Assembly: GCA_963695405.1 (NCBI GenBank)
Contig: CAVOGJ010000003.1
Coordinates: forward strand, 1-64,000
DNA from: an uncultured Planctomycetales bacterium
Lineage (GTDB): Bacteria > Planctomycetota > Planctomycetia > Pirellulales > Pirellulaceae
Direction: 5' to 3'
Length of the DNA: 64,000 bases
Below the pieces are notes generated by a model. It saw only the letters and a program-made list of their open reading frames with translations. It did no database searches and was not told the origin of the DNA. Below are positions 30,130-40,718 of this stretch, piece by piece. The number at the start of each line of letters is the position of its first letter. Position 1 is the stretch's first letter. A program made the position numbers and the translations under genes.

Positions 30130-33100
30130 ATGCTGCTCATGGAAACGGAAAGCGCCACACGACTCTTGCAGGCGTTGGAGGACCGAATTCTCATCCTCGA
30201 CGGAGCGATGGGCACGATGGTGCAGGCCCTGCACCTGGACGAAGCCGCCATCCGAGGGGATATCTTCCGCGACCATCCCAAGGATCTGCAGCGGTTCGTG
30301 GACGTGCTGGCACTCAGCCAACCTGCGGCGTTGACAGAAATCCATCGCAAGTATCTGGCCGCCGGCGCTGACATCGTCACGACCAATACGTTCGGTGCTA
30401 GTGCCGTGGGGATGGAGGAATTTGCTCTACCCCTCTCGATGGTCCGCGAAATTAACTCGGCGGCCGTACAGTGTGCCCGTCAGGCGGTTGAGGAGTTCAG
30501 CACACCGGAACGTCCCCGTTTTGTAGCAGGATCGATCGGACCTACCACGAAACAGATGGCGATCTCGACGTCGGTCGCCGATGCCGCCTCGCGCGACGTC
30601 ACATTCGATCGCATGATGGAATCGTACTATGGGCAGGTGGCGGCACTCGTCGAGGCGGGAGTTGACATCTTGCTACCCGAGACGGTCATCGACACGCTTA
30701 ACCTGAAATCGTGCCTGTTTGCCATCTCCAAGTATTTCGACGATTCTGGTCAGCGCGTGCCTGTCATGGTCTCGGCCACCTTCAACGAGGGTGGAGTCAC
30801 CTTCGTCAGCAGCCAGAGCGTCGAGGCCTTCTGGACAGCGATCAGCCACTTCCCGGTGATGAGCGTTGGCATGAATTGCGCTTTGGGTCCAGAGTTGATG
30901 CGACCCTATGTTGCCGAATTGGCCAGGATTGCTCCGGTTTACATCAGTTGTCATCCCAACGCGGGCTTGCCCAACGAAATGGGTGAATATGATTTGACGC
31001 CCAAACAAATGGCAGCTGTCGTCGGCGAGTTTATGCGTGAAGGTTGGGTCAATATCATAGGCGGCTGCTGCGGCACGACGCCCGAACACATTCGCGAGAT
31101 CGCCGCCATCACACCCGACTATCGACCGCACAAACGGCACCCGGTCGAACCATGGACCCGGCTGAGCGGGACCCAACCGATGACGCTGCGGCCCGAAGCC
31201 AACTTCATGATGATTGGCGAGCGAACCAATGTCACCGGATCAAAGCGGTTCGCCAAACTGATTCGTGGCGGCGACTTTGAGGCCGCGGTGGAGGTGGCGC
31301 GACAACAGGTCCAGAACGGCGCAAGTGTGATCGATGTTAACATGGATGACGCCTTGCTGGATGGTGAAGCTGCAATGACGCGATTTCTCCATTTAATCGC
31401 CGGCGAATCGGATATCAATGCGGTGCCGGTCATGGTCGACAGCTCGAAATGGTCGGTCATCGAAGCCGGCCTGAAATGCCTGCAAGGCAAGGGCATTGTT
31501 AACTCGATCAGTCTGAAGGACGGTGAGGCAGCTTTTCTTGACCGGGCTCATTCCATCCGCCGTTATGGGGCTGCGGTGGTCGTGATGGCGTTCGACGAAT
31601 CGGGGCAGGCGGTCGAAGTCGATCACAAGGTGGCGATTTGCGAGCGAGCTTTTCAATTGCTCACAGAGCAGGCCGGTTTTCTGCCGCAGGATATCATCTT
31701 CGATCCGAATATCCTGACGGTGGCCACCGGGATTGAGGAGCACGACAATTATGCCTTGAATTTCATCGAGGCGACTCGTCGTATTAAACGGGCCTGTCCT
31801 GGCGCAAAGGTTTCGGGCGGGGTGAGCAACATCTCCTTTTCCTTCCGCGGCAACGACACCGTCCGCGAGGCGATGCATTCAGCATTTCTCTATCACGCCA
31901 TCGCGGCGGGCATGGATATGGGGATCGTCAACGCGGGGCAACTGGAGATCTATGAGCAGATTCCTGCGGAATTGCTCGAGCGCGTGGAAGATGTCTTACT
32001 CAATCGCCGTCCCGACGCCACGGAACGATTGCTCGAACTGGCCGATCAGGTGAAAGGCAGCGGCGTCAAGAAGACGTCATCGGAGGATGTGCGATGGCGA
32101 GAAGAGCCCGTGAGTCAACGGCTGCAGCACGCGCTGATCAAGGGTATCGACAAATACATTATTGAGGACACGGAAGAGGCCCGTCAGTCCTACGATCGGT
32201 GCCTCGAGATCATCGAAGGACCGATGATGGACGGCATGGCGATCATCGGTGACCTGTTCGGCGCTGGAAAGATGTTCTTGCCGCAGGTCGTCAAATCGGC
32301 GCGTGTCATGAAGAAGGCGGTTGCTTACTTGGAACCCTTTATGGAAGAGGAGAAAGAAGCGGCTGGCACGGAACGGCACCAGGCGCGGGGCCGCATCGTC
32401 CTGGCGACCGTCAAGGGAGACGTGCACGATATCGGCAAGAATATCGTGGGGGTCGTGCTGGGCTGCAACAGCTACGAGGTCATTGATCTGGGAGTCATGG
32501 TCAACTGCGAAAAGATCCTCTCCACGGCGGTAGAGCAGGGTGCGGACTTTATCGGACTTTCCGGATTGATTACCCCCAGCCTCGACGAAATGGTATTGGT
32601 GGCGAAGGAAATGCAGCGCCGCGGCATGAAGATACCGCTGCTGATCGGTGGAGCCACGACGAGCGCCAAGCATACGGCGGTCAAAATCACACCTCAATAC
32701 GATCAGCCGGTGGTGCATGTGCTTGATGCGTCCCGCTGCGTCGGCGTCGTGGATCGGTTGCTAAGCGACGATTTACGCTCAGCGTTCGTTGCCGAGAATT
32801 CCGCCCTGCAGAAACAGCTGGTACGTTCGTATGAGCAGCGCGACATCAAGCTGGCATCGTACAAGCACGCCTTGAAACATCGCTTTTCGACCGACTGGCG
32901 GCAGGTATCCATCGATCGCCCGGCGTTCACCGGCTATCGAGTATGGAAGGACATTCCTCTCGCGGAAATCATCCCGTTTATCGACTGGTCACCGTTCTTC
33001 ATGGCTTGGGAGTTGCGTGGCAAGTACCCGAAGATTTTTGAGGACCAGGTCGTCGGCTCTGCCGCCCGCGAACTCTTTGCCGATGCCCAAGTGATCTTGG

Positions 33101-33828
33101 ATAAGATCGTCAGCGAAGGTCGGCTGAAAGCCAATGCGATCTATGGATTTTGGCCGGCTGCCTCGGATCAGGACGACATTTTGCTCTTCACCAATGGCGA
33201 TCGAAATCACGAATTATGCCGCTTTCACATGCTTCGCCAGCAGTGGGAGCGGAAGGGGCAGACCGAATTCCGCTCGCTCGCCGACTATGTGGCTCCCCTC
33301 GACTCGGGTCGCGAAGATTACGTCGGCGCCTTTGCCGTCACGGCGGGGTTGGGTGCGGAGCAACTGGCGGAGGAATACCAGTCACAACACGACGATGTGA
33401 ACGCCATCATGGTCAAAGCGCTGGCCGATCGATTGGCCGAGGCGTTGGCGGAGATGATTCACCAGCGGGCACGTGCCGATTGGGGGCATGGCGATTCGTC
33501 CCTAACCCCCGCCGAACTGATAGCGGAGAAGTACCGTGGAATTCGACCCGCTCACGGCTATCCAGCTTGCCCGGACCACACCGAGAAGCGCACCCTTTTC
33601 GATTTGCTGGACGCCGAGACGAACGTGGGCATGGAACTGACGGAAAGCTTCGCGATGACGCCCGCCGCCAGCGTCAGCGGACTCTACTTCGCCCATCCGC
33701 AAGCCCGTTATTTCGCGGTTGATCGCATCGCCGAGGACCAGGTTAGCGACTATGCTCGTCGCAAGGGAATGGCCAAGCAGGAGATGGAACGCTGGCTGGC
33801 ACCCAACCTGGGTTATGAACCAGCCTAA
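30130..33828 (+). CDS. metH: cobalamin-dependent methionine synthase
   Basis: All modules present: Hcy-binding (…GGCCGTTP), pterin-binding, B12-binding [10 protein letters not shown] (DxHxxG), and AdoMet-activation domain; 1233 aa. Confidence 0.95.
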   Translation: MLLMETESATRLLQALEDRILILDGAMGTMVQALHLDEAAIRGDIFRDHPKDLQRFVDVLALSQPAALTEIHRKYLAAGADIVTTNTFGASAVGMEEFALPLSMVREINSAAVQCARQAVEEFSTPERPRFVAGSIGPTTKQMAISTSVADAASRDVTFDRMMESYYGQVAALVEAGVDILLPETVIDTLNLKSCLFAISKYFDDSGQRVPVMVSATFNEGGVTFVSSQSVEAFWTAISHFPVMSVGMNCALGPELMRPYVAELARIAPVYISCHPNAGLPNEMGEYDLTPKQMAAVVGEFMREGWVNIIGGCCGTTPEHIREIAAITPDYRPHKRHPVEPWTRLSGTQPMTLRPEANFMMIGERTNVTGSKRFAKLIRGGDFEAAVEVARQQVQNGASVIDVNMDDALLDGEAAMTRFLHLIAGESDINAVPVMVDSSKWSVIEAGLKCLQGKGIVNSISLKDGEAAFLDRAHSIRRYGAAVVVMAFDESGQAVEVDHKVAICERAFQLLTEQAGFLPQDIIFDPNILTVATGIEEHDNYALNFIEATRRIKRACPGAKVSGGVSNISFSFRGNDTVREAMHSAFLYHAIAAGMDMGIVNAGQLEIYEQIPAELLERVEDVLLNRRPDATERLLELADQVKGSGVKKTSSEDVRWREEPVSQRLQHALIKGIDKYIIEDTEEARQSYDRCLEIIEGPMMDGMAIIGDLFGAGKMFLPQVVKSARVMKKAVAYLEPFMEEEKEAAGTERHQARGRIVLATVKGDVHDIGKNIVGVVLGCNSYEVIDLGVMVNCEKILSTAVEQGADFIGLSGLITPSLDEMVLVAKEMQRRGMKIPLLIGGATTSAKHTAVKITPQYDQPVVHVLDASRCVGVVDRLLSDDLRSAFVAENSALQKQLVRSYEQRDIKLASYKHALKHRFSTDWRQVSIDRPAFTGYRVWKDIPLAEIIPFIDWSPFFMAWELRGKYPKIFEDQVVGSAARELFADAQVILDKIVSEGRLKANAIYGFWPAASDQDDILLFTNGDRNHELCRFHMLRQQWERKGQTEFRSLADYVAPLDSGREDYVGAFAVTAGLGAEQLAEEYQSQHDDVNAIMVKALADRLAEALAEMIHQRARADWGHGDSSLTPAELIAEKYRGIRPAHGYPACPDHTEKRTLFDLLDAETNVGMELTESFAMTPAASVSGLYFAHPQARYFAVDRIAEDQVSDYARRKGMAKQEMERWLAPNLGYEPA

Positions 33829-33830
33829 CC

Positions 33831-34277
33831 ATGCGTGACAGTGAACCTCAGCATCGCACCGCGGAGGAAAAGGAGTCCACCTTGCTGCAATTACTATGCT
33901 ACGCCTGGGCCTCTCCATGGAGCGCCGTCGGCTGTTGCCTGGGACTCGTGGGCATCGCGACCGGCGGCCGCGGACGTTACCGGCGCGGAGTTGTCGAATT
34001 CTGCGGCGGTTGCTTACCCTGGCTGCTGCGACGAGCCCCGCTCAGCGGAGGTGCTGCGGCCATGACACTCGGCCACGTTGTCCTCGCCAGGACACGAGAT
34101 GACTTGGAATCAACCAGGGAACACGAACGGATTCATGTGGGCCAGTATGAACGCTGGGGACCCTTATTTGTTCCCGCCTACTTCCTTGCGAGCGGGCTGG
34201 CGTGGCTCCGCGGAGGCGATTCCTACCTGGATAATCGGTTCGAACGGCAGGCCTACGGTATCACTGATGGTCCTTGA
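33831..34277 (+). CDS. hypothetical membrane protein with HExxH motif
   Basis: 148 aa with hydrophobic N-half and EHERIHVGQYERWGP (HExxH) near the C-terminus; starts 3 nt after the metH stop. Confidence 0.4.
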   Translation: MRDSEPQHRTAEEKESTLLQLLCYAWASPWSAVGCCLGLVGIATGGRGRYRRGVVEFCGGCLPWLLRRAPLSGGAAAMTLGHVVLARTRDDLESTREHERIHVGQYERWGPLFVPAYFLASGLAWLRGGDSYLDNRFERQAYGITDGP

Positions 34278-34387
34278 CCCGCTTCCGTTCCGGAAGCATT
34301 TGCATTCGCATTCGCATTTTGCTTTTGCTTTTGCTTCGCGGATGCCAATTGATTTGTGTTTTCCTCATCACCGTGCTCGCCACAAGT

Positions 34388-35554
34388 ATGATCCCGGCAC
34401 AATCGCGAATCGACTCGCTCGCGATCGCGCGAGAGCGGTTGGTAGAGCAGGATTTGATGCCCGCCGGCATCACGCAATCGAATGTCCTGCAAGCGGTGCG
34501 CGATACGCCACGGCACGAATTCGTGCCACTCGCGCAACGAAAAATGGCTTATCTCGACATGGCGCTGCCGATCGGCGACCGGCAAACGATTTCCTCACCC
34601 TTTATCGTGGCCTACATGACGCAATCCCTTGATCCGCAACCAACGGATCGCGTGCTCGAAATCGGCACCGGCAGCGGATACCAGGCCGCGATCCTCAGCC
34701 CTCTCGTCGCCGACGTTTATTCCATCGAAATTGTCCCCACCCTCGGTCGTCGCGCGGAACGACTGCTCAAACGCCTGAAGTACGAAAACGTGCACGTGAA
34801 AATCGGTGATGGCTTTGCCGGTTGGCCAGGGGAAGCACCGTTCGACAAAATTATTGTCACCTGCTCTCCTGAATCGGTACCTCAACCGCTGGTCGATCAA
34901 TTACGTGAGGGGGGGAGCATGATCGTACCCGTCGGCGAGCGCTATCAGCAAACGCTGTATCGATTCACGAAGGAACAGGGCGTTCTGCAGCCAGAGTCTT
35001 TGCGTCCCACCCTGTTCGTGCCGATGACGGGCGTCGCGGAGAGTCACCGTAATGTCTTGCCTAATCTCGAAGTCGTCCAAATCGTGAATGGTGATTTCGA
35101 AGACGCTGCCGACGAAAGTGACCAATTGCCAGGCTGGTATTATCAACGACAGGTCGCCCGGATACGTGACGATTCCGCGCCACACGGCGAAGCCTACGCG
35201 CGATTCTCCAACGTCACTCCCGGGCTGGCTAGCCACGCCTTGCAGGGCTTTGCTGTCGATGGGGAGCAATTCCGTGACCTTCAGGTGTCCGCGCGCGTGC
35301 AGTGGTCGGAGGTCGTACCTGGACCCCAGACAGACATGCGGCCCTCGCTGGCGATCAGTTTCTACGACGCCAATCGGACTCCCCTGGGACAGCAATGGCT
35401 CGGACCCTGGTCGGGAAATGGCGATTGGTCGCGCGTCGCTGGGGAATTTCGCGTGCCGCTGAAGGCCAAGGAAGCCATCCTTCGCATTGGACTCTTTGGG
35501 GCCACGGGGGAGTTCTGCGTGGACTATGTTCGCTTGGTACCCAAATCACGCTAG
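34388..35554 (+). CDS. pcm: protein-L-isoaspartate O-methyltransferase fused to a ~200-aa C-terminal beta-rich domain
   Basis: …PRHEFVP…LEIGTGSGYQAAIL…DKIIVT… PIMT motifs, then a non-PIMT C-terminal extension. A possible longer N-terminus lies upstream, overlapping a GCATTC/GCTTTT microrepeat. Confidence 0.75.
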   Translation: MIPAQSRIDSLAIARERLVEQDLMPAGITQSNVLQAVRDTPRHEFVPLAQRKMAYLDMALPIGDRQTISSPFIVAYMTQSLDPQPTDRVLEIGTGSGYQAAILSPLVADVYSIEIVPTLGRRAERLLKRLKYENVHVKIGDGFAGWPGEAPFDKIIVTCSPESVPQPLVDQLREGGSMIVPVGERYQQTLYRFTKEQGVLQPESLRPTLFVPMTGVAESHRNVLPNLEVVQIVNGDFEDAADESDQLPGWYYQRQVARIRDDSAPHGEAYARFSNVTPGLASHALQGFAVDGEQFRDLQVSARVQWSEVVPGPQTDMRPSLAISFYDANRTPLGQQWLGPWSGNGDWSRVAGEFRVPLKAKEAILRIGLFGATGEFCVDYVRLVPKSR

Positions 35555-35773
35555 GCTCGAATTGTACGCGCCAGGGACGGCCTGTCCTCCCTTGCCCAAG
35601 GGTTTCCATTCACTATGGGACCGTCAAGCCAAAAATCCATCCTAGTCTGCTTGAATTCCCTAAACGTGCAGTTATGCTAACTGGGTACAGTTGGGGGGGT
35701 TGGTTGAGCGGACGAGCCTCCTGCTTCGGATCGCAGCATTGATATTTTAGCGTTTGAGAACGAGGAGAATCCC

Positions 35774-36853
35774 GTGAAGCAAGTATTCGTTCGATTGGCA
35801 GCGATGATGGTCGTCGTGGGCCTCGGCGTCGGTACCGCCCAAGCTGGTTGGGGGTGGTTTGGTCATGGCGGTAGCTACGGCAGCTATGGCGGCAGTTTCG
35901 GCGGCAGCTGGGGATCCTATGGCGGCAGCGGGGGGTCCTATGGCGGCAGCTGGGGATCCTATGGCGGCAGCTGGGGATCCTATGGCGGCAGCTGGGGGTC
36001 CTATGGCGGTGGATGGGGTGGCTATCATCGGCGTGGATTGTTTGTACGCCATCACGTCCGACCAATTCGCACGGCCTACTACGGATGCGGCGGTTCTTAC
36101 GGCAGCTACGGCTCGTACGGCTACCGAACCTATCGCTATGTGCGCCCGGTCACTTATGCGACCCTCGGCTGCGGTTGCGTGGGCAGCTGTTCTTGCGGCT
36201 GTTACGACGATTGCGGTTGTGGCACCGTGGGCGGCAGTGTGATGGATGGAACGATCATCGAGGATGGCACGGTAGAAAGCCCGACCGTCGAAGACGGTGC
36301 GATGACTCAGGGCGGGTGCCCAGGATGCGTCACATCCAACGATGCCACGATCGAGCAGGACGCGGCGTTGCTGGCAGTTCAGGTGCCGGCCGAGGCAGAC
36401 ATTTTTGTCAACGGCTACAAGACGAGGAGCACGGGAGAATTCCGTAGCTTCTTGTCCTCCGGTCTACGCTCTGGTCAGTCGTATACTTATGAGGTTCGCG
36501 CCGAAGCGAACGGCCACTCGCAAACCAAGGTGGTCTCGGTTCAGACGGGACAGCGAGCCGCGCTCGCATTCGATTTCGCTGGCGAGGCGGGAACGGAGAC
36601 CATGCTGACGCTGCATGTGCCAGAGGATGCTACGGTTACATTGGCTGGCACGGAGACTAAGCAAACCGGTGCGACACGCAAGTACAGCACCAGTCGCTTG
36701 TCCCCCGGTCAAACGTGGGATGACTATGTGGTCAGCGTCACCGTGCAGCAAAACGGGCAAAGCGTCACGAAAGAGCAACGGATATCGCTCGCAGCTGGCG
36801 AAAATCACGAAATGCGAATTGACTTTACGGATACGGCCGTGGCGGCCCGCTAG
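35774..36853 (+). CDS. secreted protein: signal peptide, (GSYGGSW)n repeats, Cys-cluster, 2x TIGR03000-like domains
   Basis: Signal peptide MKQVFVRLAAMMVVVGLGVGTAQA; ~9 tandem GS(Y/W)GG units; LGCGCVGSCSCGCYDDCGCG cluster. Two C-terminal ~75-aa repeats (VPAEADIFVNGYKT…RSGQSYTYEVRA… and VPEDATVTLAGTETK…) match the Planctomycete TIGR03000 domain. Confidence 0.7.
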   Translation: MKQVFVRLAAMMVVVGLGVGTAQAGWGWFGHGGSYGSYGGSFGGSWGSYGGSGGSYGGSWGSYGGSWGSYGGSWGSYGGGWGGYHRRGLFVRHHVRPIRTAYYGCGGSYGSYGSYGYRTYRYVRPVTYATLGCGCVGSCSCGCYDDCGCGTVGGSVMDGTIIEDGTVESPTVEDGAMTQGGCPGCVTSNDATIEQDAALLAVQVPAEADIFVNGYKTRSTGEFRSFLSSGLRSGQSYTYEVRAEANGHSQTKVVSVQTGQRAALAFDFAGEAGTETMLTLHVPEDATVTLAGTETKQTGATRKYSTSRLSPGQTWDDYVVSVTVQQNGQSVTKEQRISLAAGENHEMRIDFTDTAVAAR

Positions 36854-36891
36854 TCGGACTGCCGGCACGTTTCCGGGTTTTCCGCTTCTCA

Positions 36892-36921
36892 CCCCCGCAC
36901 ACCATTGTGCGGGGGTTTTTT
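36892..36921 (+). terminator. rho-independent terminator
   Basis: CCCCCGCACA-CCAT-TGTGCGGGGG perfect 10-bp stem followed by TTTTTT. Confidence 0.8.
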
Positions 36922-36997
36922 AATGGTCTTGCCAGTCCGACGGCCAGCGAGCATCCTGGAGAGACGCGGGGAATTGGCGGAACTCAAGGGTAGGCAA

Positions 36998-37678
36998 ATG
37001 ACGAACGGGGCAAGGAGGGAAGCGACGGGCGGTTGGTCGCCCTCCCGGCGCGCGTTGGTCAGTCTGCTGGTCACGCTGCACTTGCTGGCTGTCTTCACCG
37101 CTCCTTGGGCCGACCCGCCACCGTCGAGTGAATTGGCGCGTGCCGTGGCCGAGTGGTTTCGGCCCTATGCTCAGTTCATGTGCCTGAATAATGGCTATCG
37201 TTTCTTTGCTCCCGATCCGGGGCCCAGTCATCTCATCCGCTACGAACTGATCGGGTCGGACGGGATCCTTGGAGAAGACCGCTTTCCCGATCGCGATGCA
37301 CAATGGCCGCGGCTCTACTACCATCGGCACCTGATGCTGGCGGAAATGACGCATCAAATTGCTGCCGCTGTACCGGAGGTTCCGGCGGGCACCCGGCTGG
37401 AGCAGATCATGTCACCACGGGAGAAGGCCGAGTATCGCGAGCAGCAACAGCGGGCCAGGGTGATCCAGCAATCGATAGCCGACTATCTCCTTTCTCAAAA
37501 TCCGGCGGCGACATCCGTTCGTTTGTATGTCCAGACGCATGCGATCCCGACTCCGTTCGACGTCCAGCGGGGAATGCGTCTCACCGACCCGCGACTGTAC
37601 GAGGAACGATTGTTGGGCGAATTCTCACGTTCAAACGTACGTCTCTCACCGGGTCGGGAACGCCGGAAGGTATCATGA
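36998..37678 (+). CDS. membrane-anchored hypothetical protein (HTTM partner)
   Basis: N-terminal TM helix (ALVSLLVTLHLLAVF). Its stop overlaps the start of the downstream HTTM gene (ATGA), indicating translational coupling. Confidence 0.5.
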   Translation: MTNGARREATGGWSPSRRALVSLLVTLHLLAVFTAPWADPPPSSELARAVAEWFRPYAQFMCLNNGYRFFAPDPGPSHLIRYELIGSDGILGEDRFPDRDAQWPRLYYHRHLMLAEMTHQIAAAVPEVPAGTRLEQIMSPREKAEYREQQQRARVIQQSIADYLLSQNPAATSVRLYVQTHAIPTPFDVQRGMRLTDPRLYEERLLGEFSRSNVRLSPGRERRKVS

Positions 37679-38643
37679 AGTTACTGGCTGCGTATCTCCG
37701 CGAGTTGGTAACATCTGCCACGGGCGGGTGGAACCGCTTCTGGTTCACACCACAAGATCCTGCGACGTTGTCGTTGATCCGCGTTCTGGCTGGCCTGATG
37801 TTGCTCTATACGCATCTTGTCTGGACCATCGATTTCGCCGGCTTCTTTGGCGAACACGGCCGCATCTCGACCGAATTTGCTCAATCCTTTCACGACCCGC
37901 TGGGGATGGGCCATTTTGCGTGGAGTCTCTGGTTCTGGATAAAGTCCGCGAGCTTGCAACCGTGGTTTCATCTTGGTGGCTTAGCCATTTTTTTGTTACT
38001 GACGGTTGGTTTTCAATCACGCATCATGGCGGTGCTGGCCTTTCTGCTCACGATTTCCTACGTGCATCGGGCGCCGGGAGTCCTATTTGGACTCGACCAG
38101 ATCAACACGATGCTTGCCATGTATCTGATGGTAGGCCCTTGTGGTGCCCGCTATTCGGTGGATGCATGGCGAGCGGCGGGGCAGGGGAGGGCAGTCACGC
38201 CCAGTGTTACGGCTAACCTGGCCATCCGCTTATTGCAGCTGCATCTTTGCGTGGTCTATCTGTTCGCGGCACTTGGCAAATTGCAGGGTGTCACCTGGTG
38301 GGAAGGTACTGCGATGTGGTTGGCCTTGGCCAACTATGAGTATCAGTCGCTTGATATGACATGGATCTGGCCGTATCGAAAATGCATCAACGCGCTCAGC
38401 CAGTTTACGGTCTTGTGGGAGTTAACCTATCCCGCGCTGATCTGGCCGCGGCTGACGCGGCCTCTCGTATTGGCGCTGGCCGTGCCGTTGCACCTCGGAA
38501 TCGCTTGTTGCATGGGTATGATGACGTTTGGGTTGGTGATGCTGATCGCCAACCTGGCCTTCGTGCCTCCGCAGTTGGTAAGAGATTTCCTCGATTGGTT
38601 CCCATCGCCGTTTGCCAACGTCCGCCAGGGGGAAGCGCGTTGA
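37675..38643 (+). CDS. HTTM-domain (vitamin-K-carboxylase-like / SdpB-like) polytopic membrane protein
   Basis: ~7 TM helices with the HTTM N-terminal pattern (…RFWFTPQDPATLSLIRVLAGLMLLY…). Confidence 0.65.
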   Translation: MKLLAAYLRELVTSATGGWNRFWFTPQDPATLSLIRVLAGLMLLYTHLVWTIDFAGFFGEHGRISTEFAQSFHDPLGMGHFAWSLWFWIKSASLQPWFHLGGLAIFLLLTVGFQSRIMAVLAFLLTISYVHRAPGVLFGLDQINTMLAMYLMVGPCGARYSVDAWRAAGQGRAVTPSVTANLAIRLLQLHLCVVYLFAALGKLQGVTWWEGTAMWLALANYEYQSLDMTWIWPYRKCINALSQFTVLWELTYPALIWPRLTRPLVLALAVPLHLGIACCMGMMTFGLVMLIANLAFVPPQLVRDFLDWFPSPFANVRQGEAR

Positions 38644-38691
38644 GGTTGGCGGTGAGTCGGCGTATACTGCGGCGTTTGTGAGGGAATAGCC

Positions 38692-39807
38692 ATGAAACAA
38701 GTCGGATTGGTCGGTTGGCGGGGAATGGTGGGTTCGGTGCTCCTGCAGCGGATGCAGGCCGCCGATGACTTTTCGCGTCTCGCCGCCACCTTCTTCACCA
38801 CGTCCCAGGTGGGCCAACCGGCTCCGTTGCCGGAAGTCGCCACGCATTTAACGCTCAAGGACGCACGTGACATTCGACAATTGGCCGACATGGACATCAT
38901 CGTGACCTGCCAAGGTGGCGACTATACTAAATCGATCTATCCAGAACTGCGGCGAGCCGGCTGGACCGGCTTTTGGATCGATGCCGCATCGGCGCTCCGC
39001 ATGCAGGAAGACGCCGTGATCATCTTGGATCCCGTGAATCGAGCGGTGATCGACGCTTCGCTTGAAAGAGGACTCCGGACGTTTGTGGGCGGCAACTGCA
39101 CGGTATCACTGATGCTCATGGCACTCGGCGGACTGTTTCAGCACGATGTGGTCGAGTGGCTATGCTCGCAAACCTACCAGGCCGCCTCCGGAGCAGGGGC
39201 ACAACATATGCGTGAATTGCTGGTTCAGATGGGTCAATTGCACGATTGCGTCGCCGAACAACTGCCCGCTGCCGCCAATCCCATCCTGGCCATCGACCAG
39301 CAGGTTACAGATTACATGCGGAGTGAGAAATTGACGAAGACGCAGTTCCAAGCCGCCTTGGCGGGCAATCTGCTTCCCTGGATCGATAGCGAACTGGAAA
39401 ATGGACAGAGTCGCGAAGAATGGAAGGGACAAGTCGAAACAAACAAGATTCTGGGACGCAGCCAGCGACCCATTCCCGTCGACGGCACCTGCGTGCGCAT
39501 CAGTTCGCTCCGCTGCCATAGCCAGGCCTTACTTGTCAAACTCACACGAGACATTCCTATCGGTGACGTCACGGAAATGCTGGCCTCCCACAACGACTGG
39601 GTGCGGATCGTTCCGAACGAAAAACAGGCGACGCTGTCCCAGTTGACGCCGGCGGCCGTGGCGGGCACGCTCGACATTCCGATCGGTCGCCTGCGAAAAC
39701 TCAGTATGGGAGGCGAATACCTCAACGCTTTTACCGTGGGTGACCAATTGCTGTGGGGAGCGGCCGAGCCGCTGCGTCGAATGCTCCGTATCTTGCTCGA
39801 AGACTAG
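38692..39807 (+). CDS. asd: aspartate-semialdehyde dehydrogenase (E. coli-type)
   Basis: Near full-length collinearity with E. coli Asd ([13 protein letters not shown]…[12 protein letters not shown]…[13 protein letters not shown]…CVRV..LRCHSQA…[19 protein letters not shown]). Confidence 0.95.
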   Translation: MKQVGLVGWRGMVGSVLLQRMQAADDFSRLAATFFTTSQVGQPAPLPEVATHLTLKDARDIRQLADMDIIVTCQGGDYTKSIYPELRRAGWTGFWIDAASALRMQEDAVIILDPVNRAVIDASLERGLRTFVGGNCTVSLMLMALGGLFQHDVVEWLCSQTYQAASGAGAQHMRELLVQMGQLHDCVAEQLPAAANPILAIDQQVTDYMRSEKLTKTQFQAALAGNLLPWIDSELENGQSREEWKGQVETNKILGRSQRPIPVDGTCVRISSLRCHSQALLVKLTRDIPIGDVTEMLASHNDWVRIVPNEKQATLSQLTPAAVAGTLDIPIGRLRKLSMGGEYLNAFTVGDQLLWGAAEPLRRMLRILLED

Positions 39808-39853
39808 GCGAGCCGGCTCGCAGCTGACCTTCCGCGGAATATCCCAGTGTGCC

Positions 39854-40612
39854 ATGCCTCTGCAGTCCCTCAAACTGACGATCAGCTATGATGGCACTCA
39901 CTATTGCGGCTGGCAGATACAACCCAATGGGCCCACCATTCAGCAAGCCATCGAGAGGGCCTTCGCTCAGATTTTCGGCGAACGGATTGCGATCACGGCC
40001 AGCGGCCGAACGGATGCGGGAGTTCATGCCAGCGGCCAGGTCGCGAGTTGTGAGGTGAAGACGGAGCTTTCCTGTGAGCGGATCTGCCGTGCGCTGAACG
40101 GAAATCTGCCCCTTGACATCCGTGTGTTGGCTGTCGAGCAGGCGCCTCCTGGCTTTCACGCGATTCGCGACGCGGTGCGCAAGCGGTATCGTTACTGCTT
40201 GGAAGATACGCCCATCCACAACGTTTTCCGCCGACACTACGTGTGGCATGTCAGGGCAGGGCGGTTGGATGTGGCGACCATGCAGCAGGCAGCCTCGACG
40301 CTCGTCGGGACACACGACTTTCGCAGCTTTCAAGCCGCGGGTTCGGATCGTAAGACAACCATTCGCACGATCTTCGCATTGGACGTCCAGCGGGACGTGA
40401 GGCCGGGGGGCGAAATCATCCTGGAAATCGAGGCCGATGGCTTTCTCTATAACATGGTCCGCAACATCGTGGGGACGTTGGTCGAAATTGGGCTCGGCAA
40501 CCAAAGTGTCCACTGGATCGAGGAGGTGCTGGCCGCGCGAGATCGCAAGAAGGCCGGTCGCACGGCGCCACCCGAAGGACTGCAACTACTGCACGTCACC
40601 TACGCCTCGTAG
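39854..40612 (+). CDS. truA: tRNA pseudouridine(38-40) synthase
   Basis: …SYDGT.Y.GWQ…GRTDAGVHA (catalytic Asp)…; typical 252 aa. Confidence 0.9.
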   Translation: MPLQSLKLTISYDGTHYCGWQIQPNGPTIQQAIERAFAQIFGERIAITASGRTDAGVHASGQVASCEVKTELSCERICRALNGNLPLDIRVLAVEQAPPGFHAIRDAVRKRYRYCLEDTPIHNVFRRHYVWHVRAGRLDVATMQQAASTLVGTHDFRSFQAAGSDRKTTIRTIFALDVQRDVRPGGEIILEIEADGFLYNMVRNIVGTLVEIGLGNQSVHWIEEVLAARDRKKAGRTAPPEGLQLLHVTYAS

Positions 40613-40718
40613 GGCAGAAACGAAGGGGGACGCCCCGGCGATCTTTTAGCTCCGCCGCGATTGTTATAGACTGGACTCGCGGGCAGCGGGCGAATCAAGA
40701 AACGGAAAGAACCTTGGC

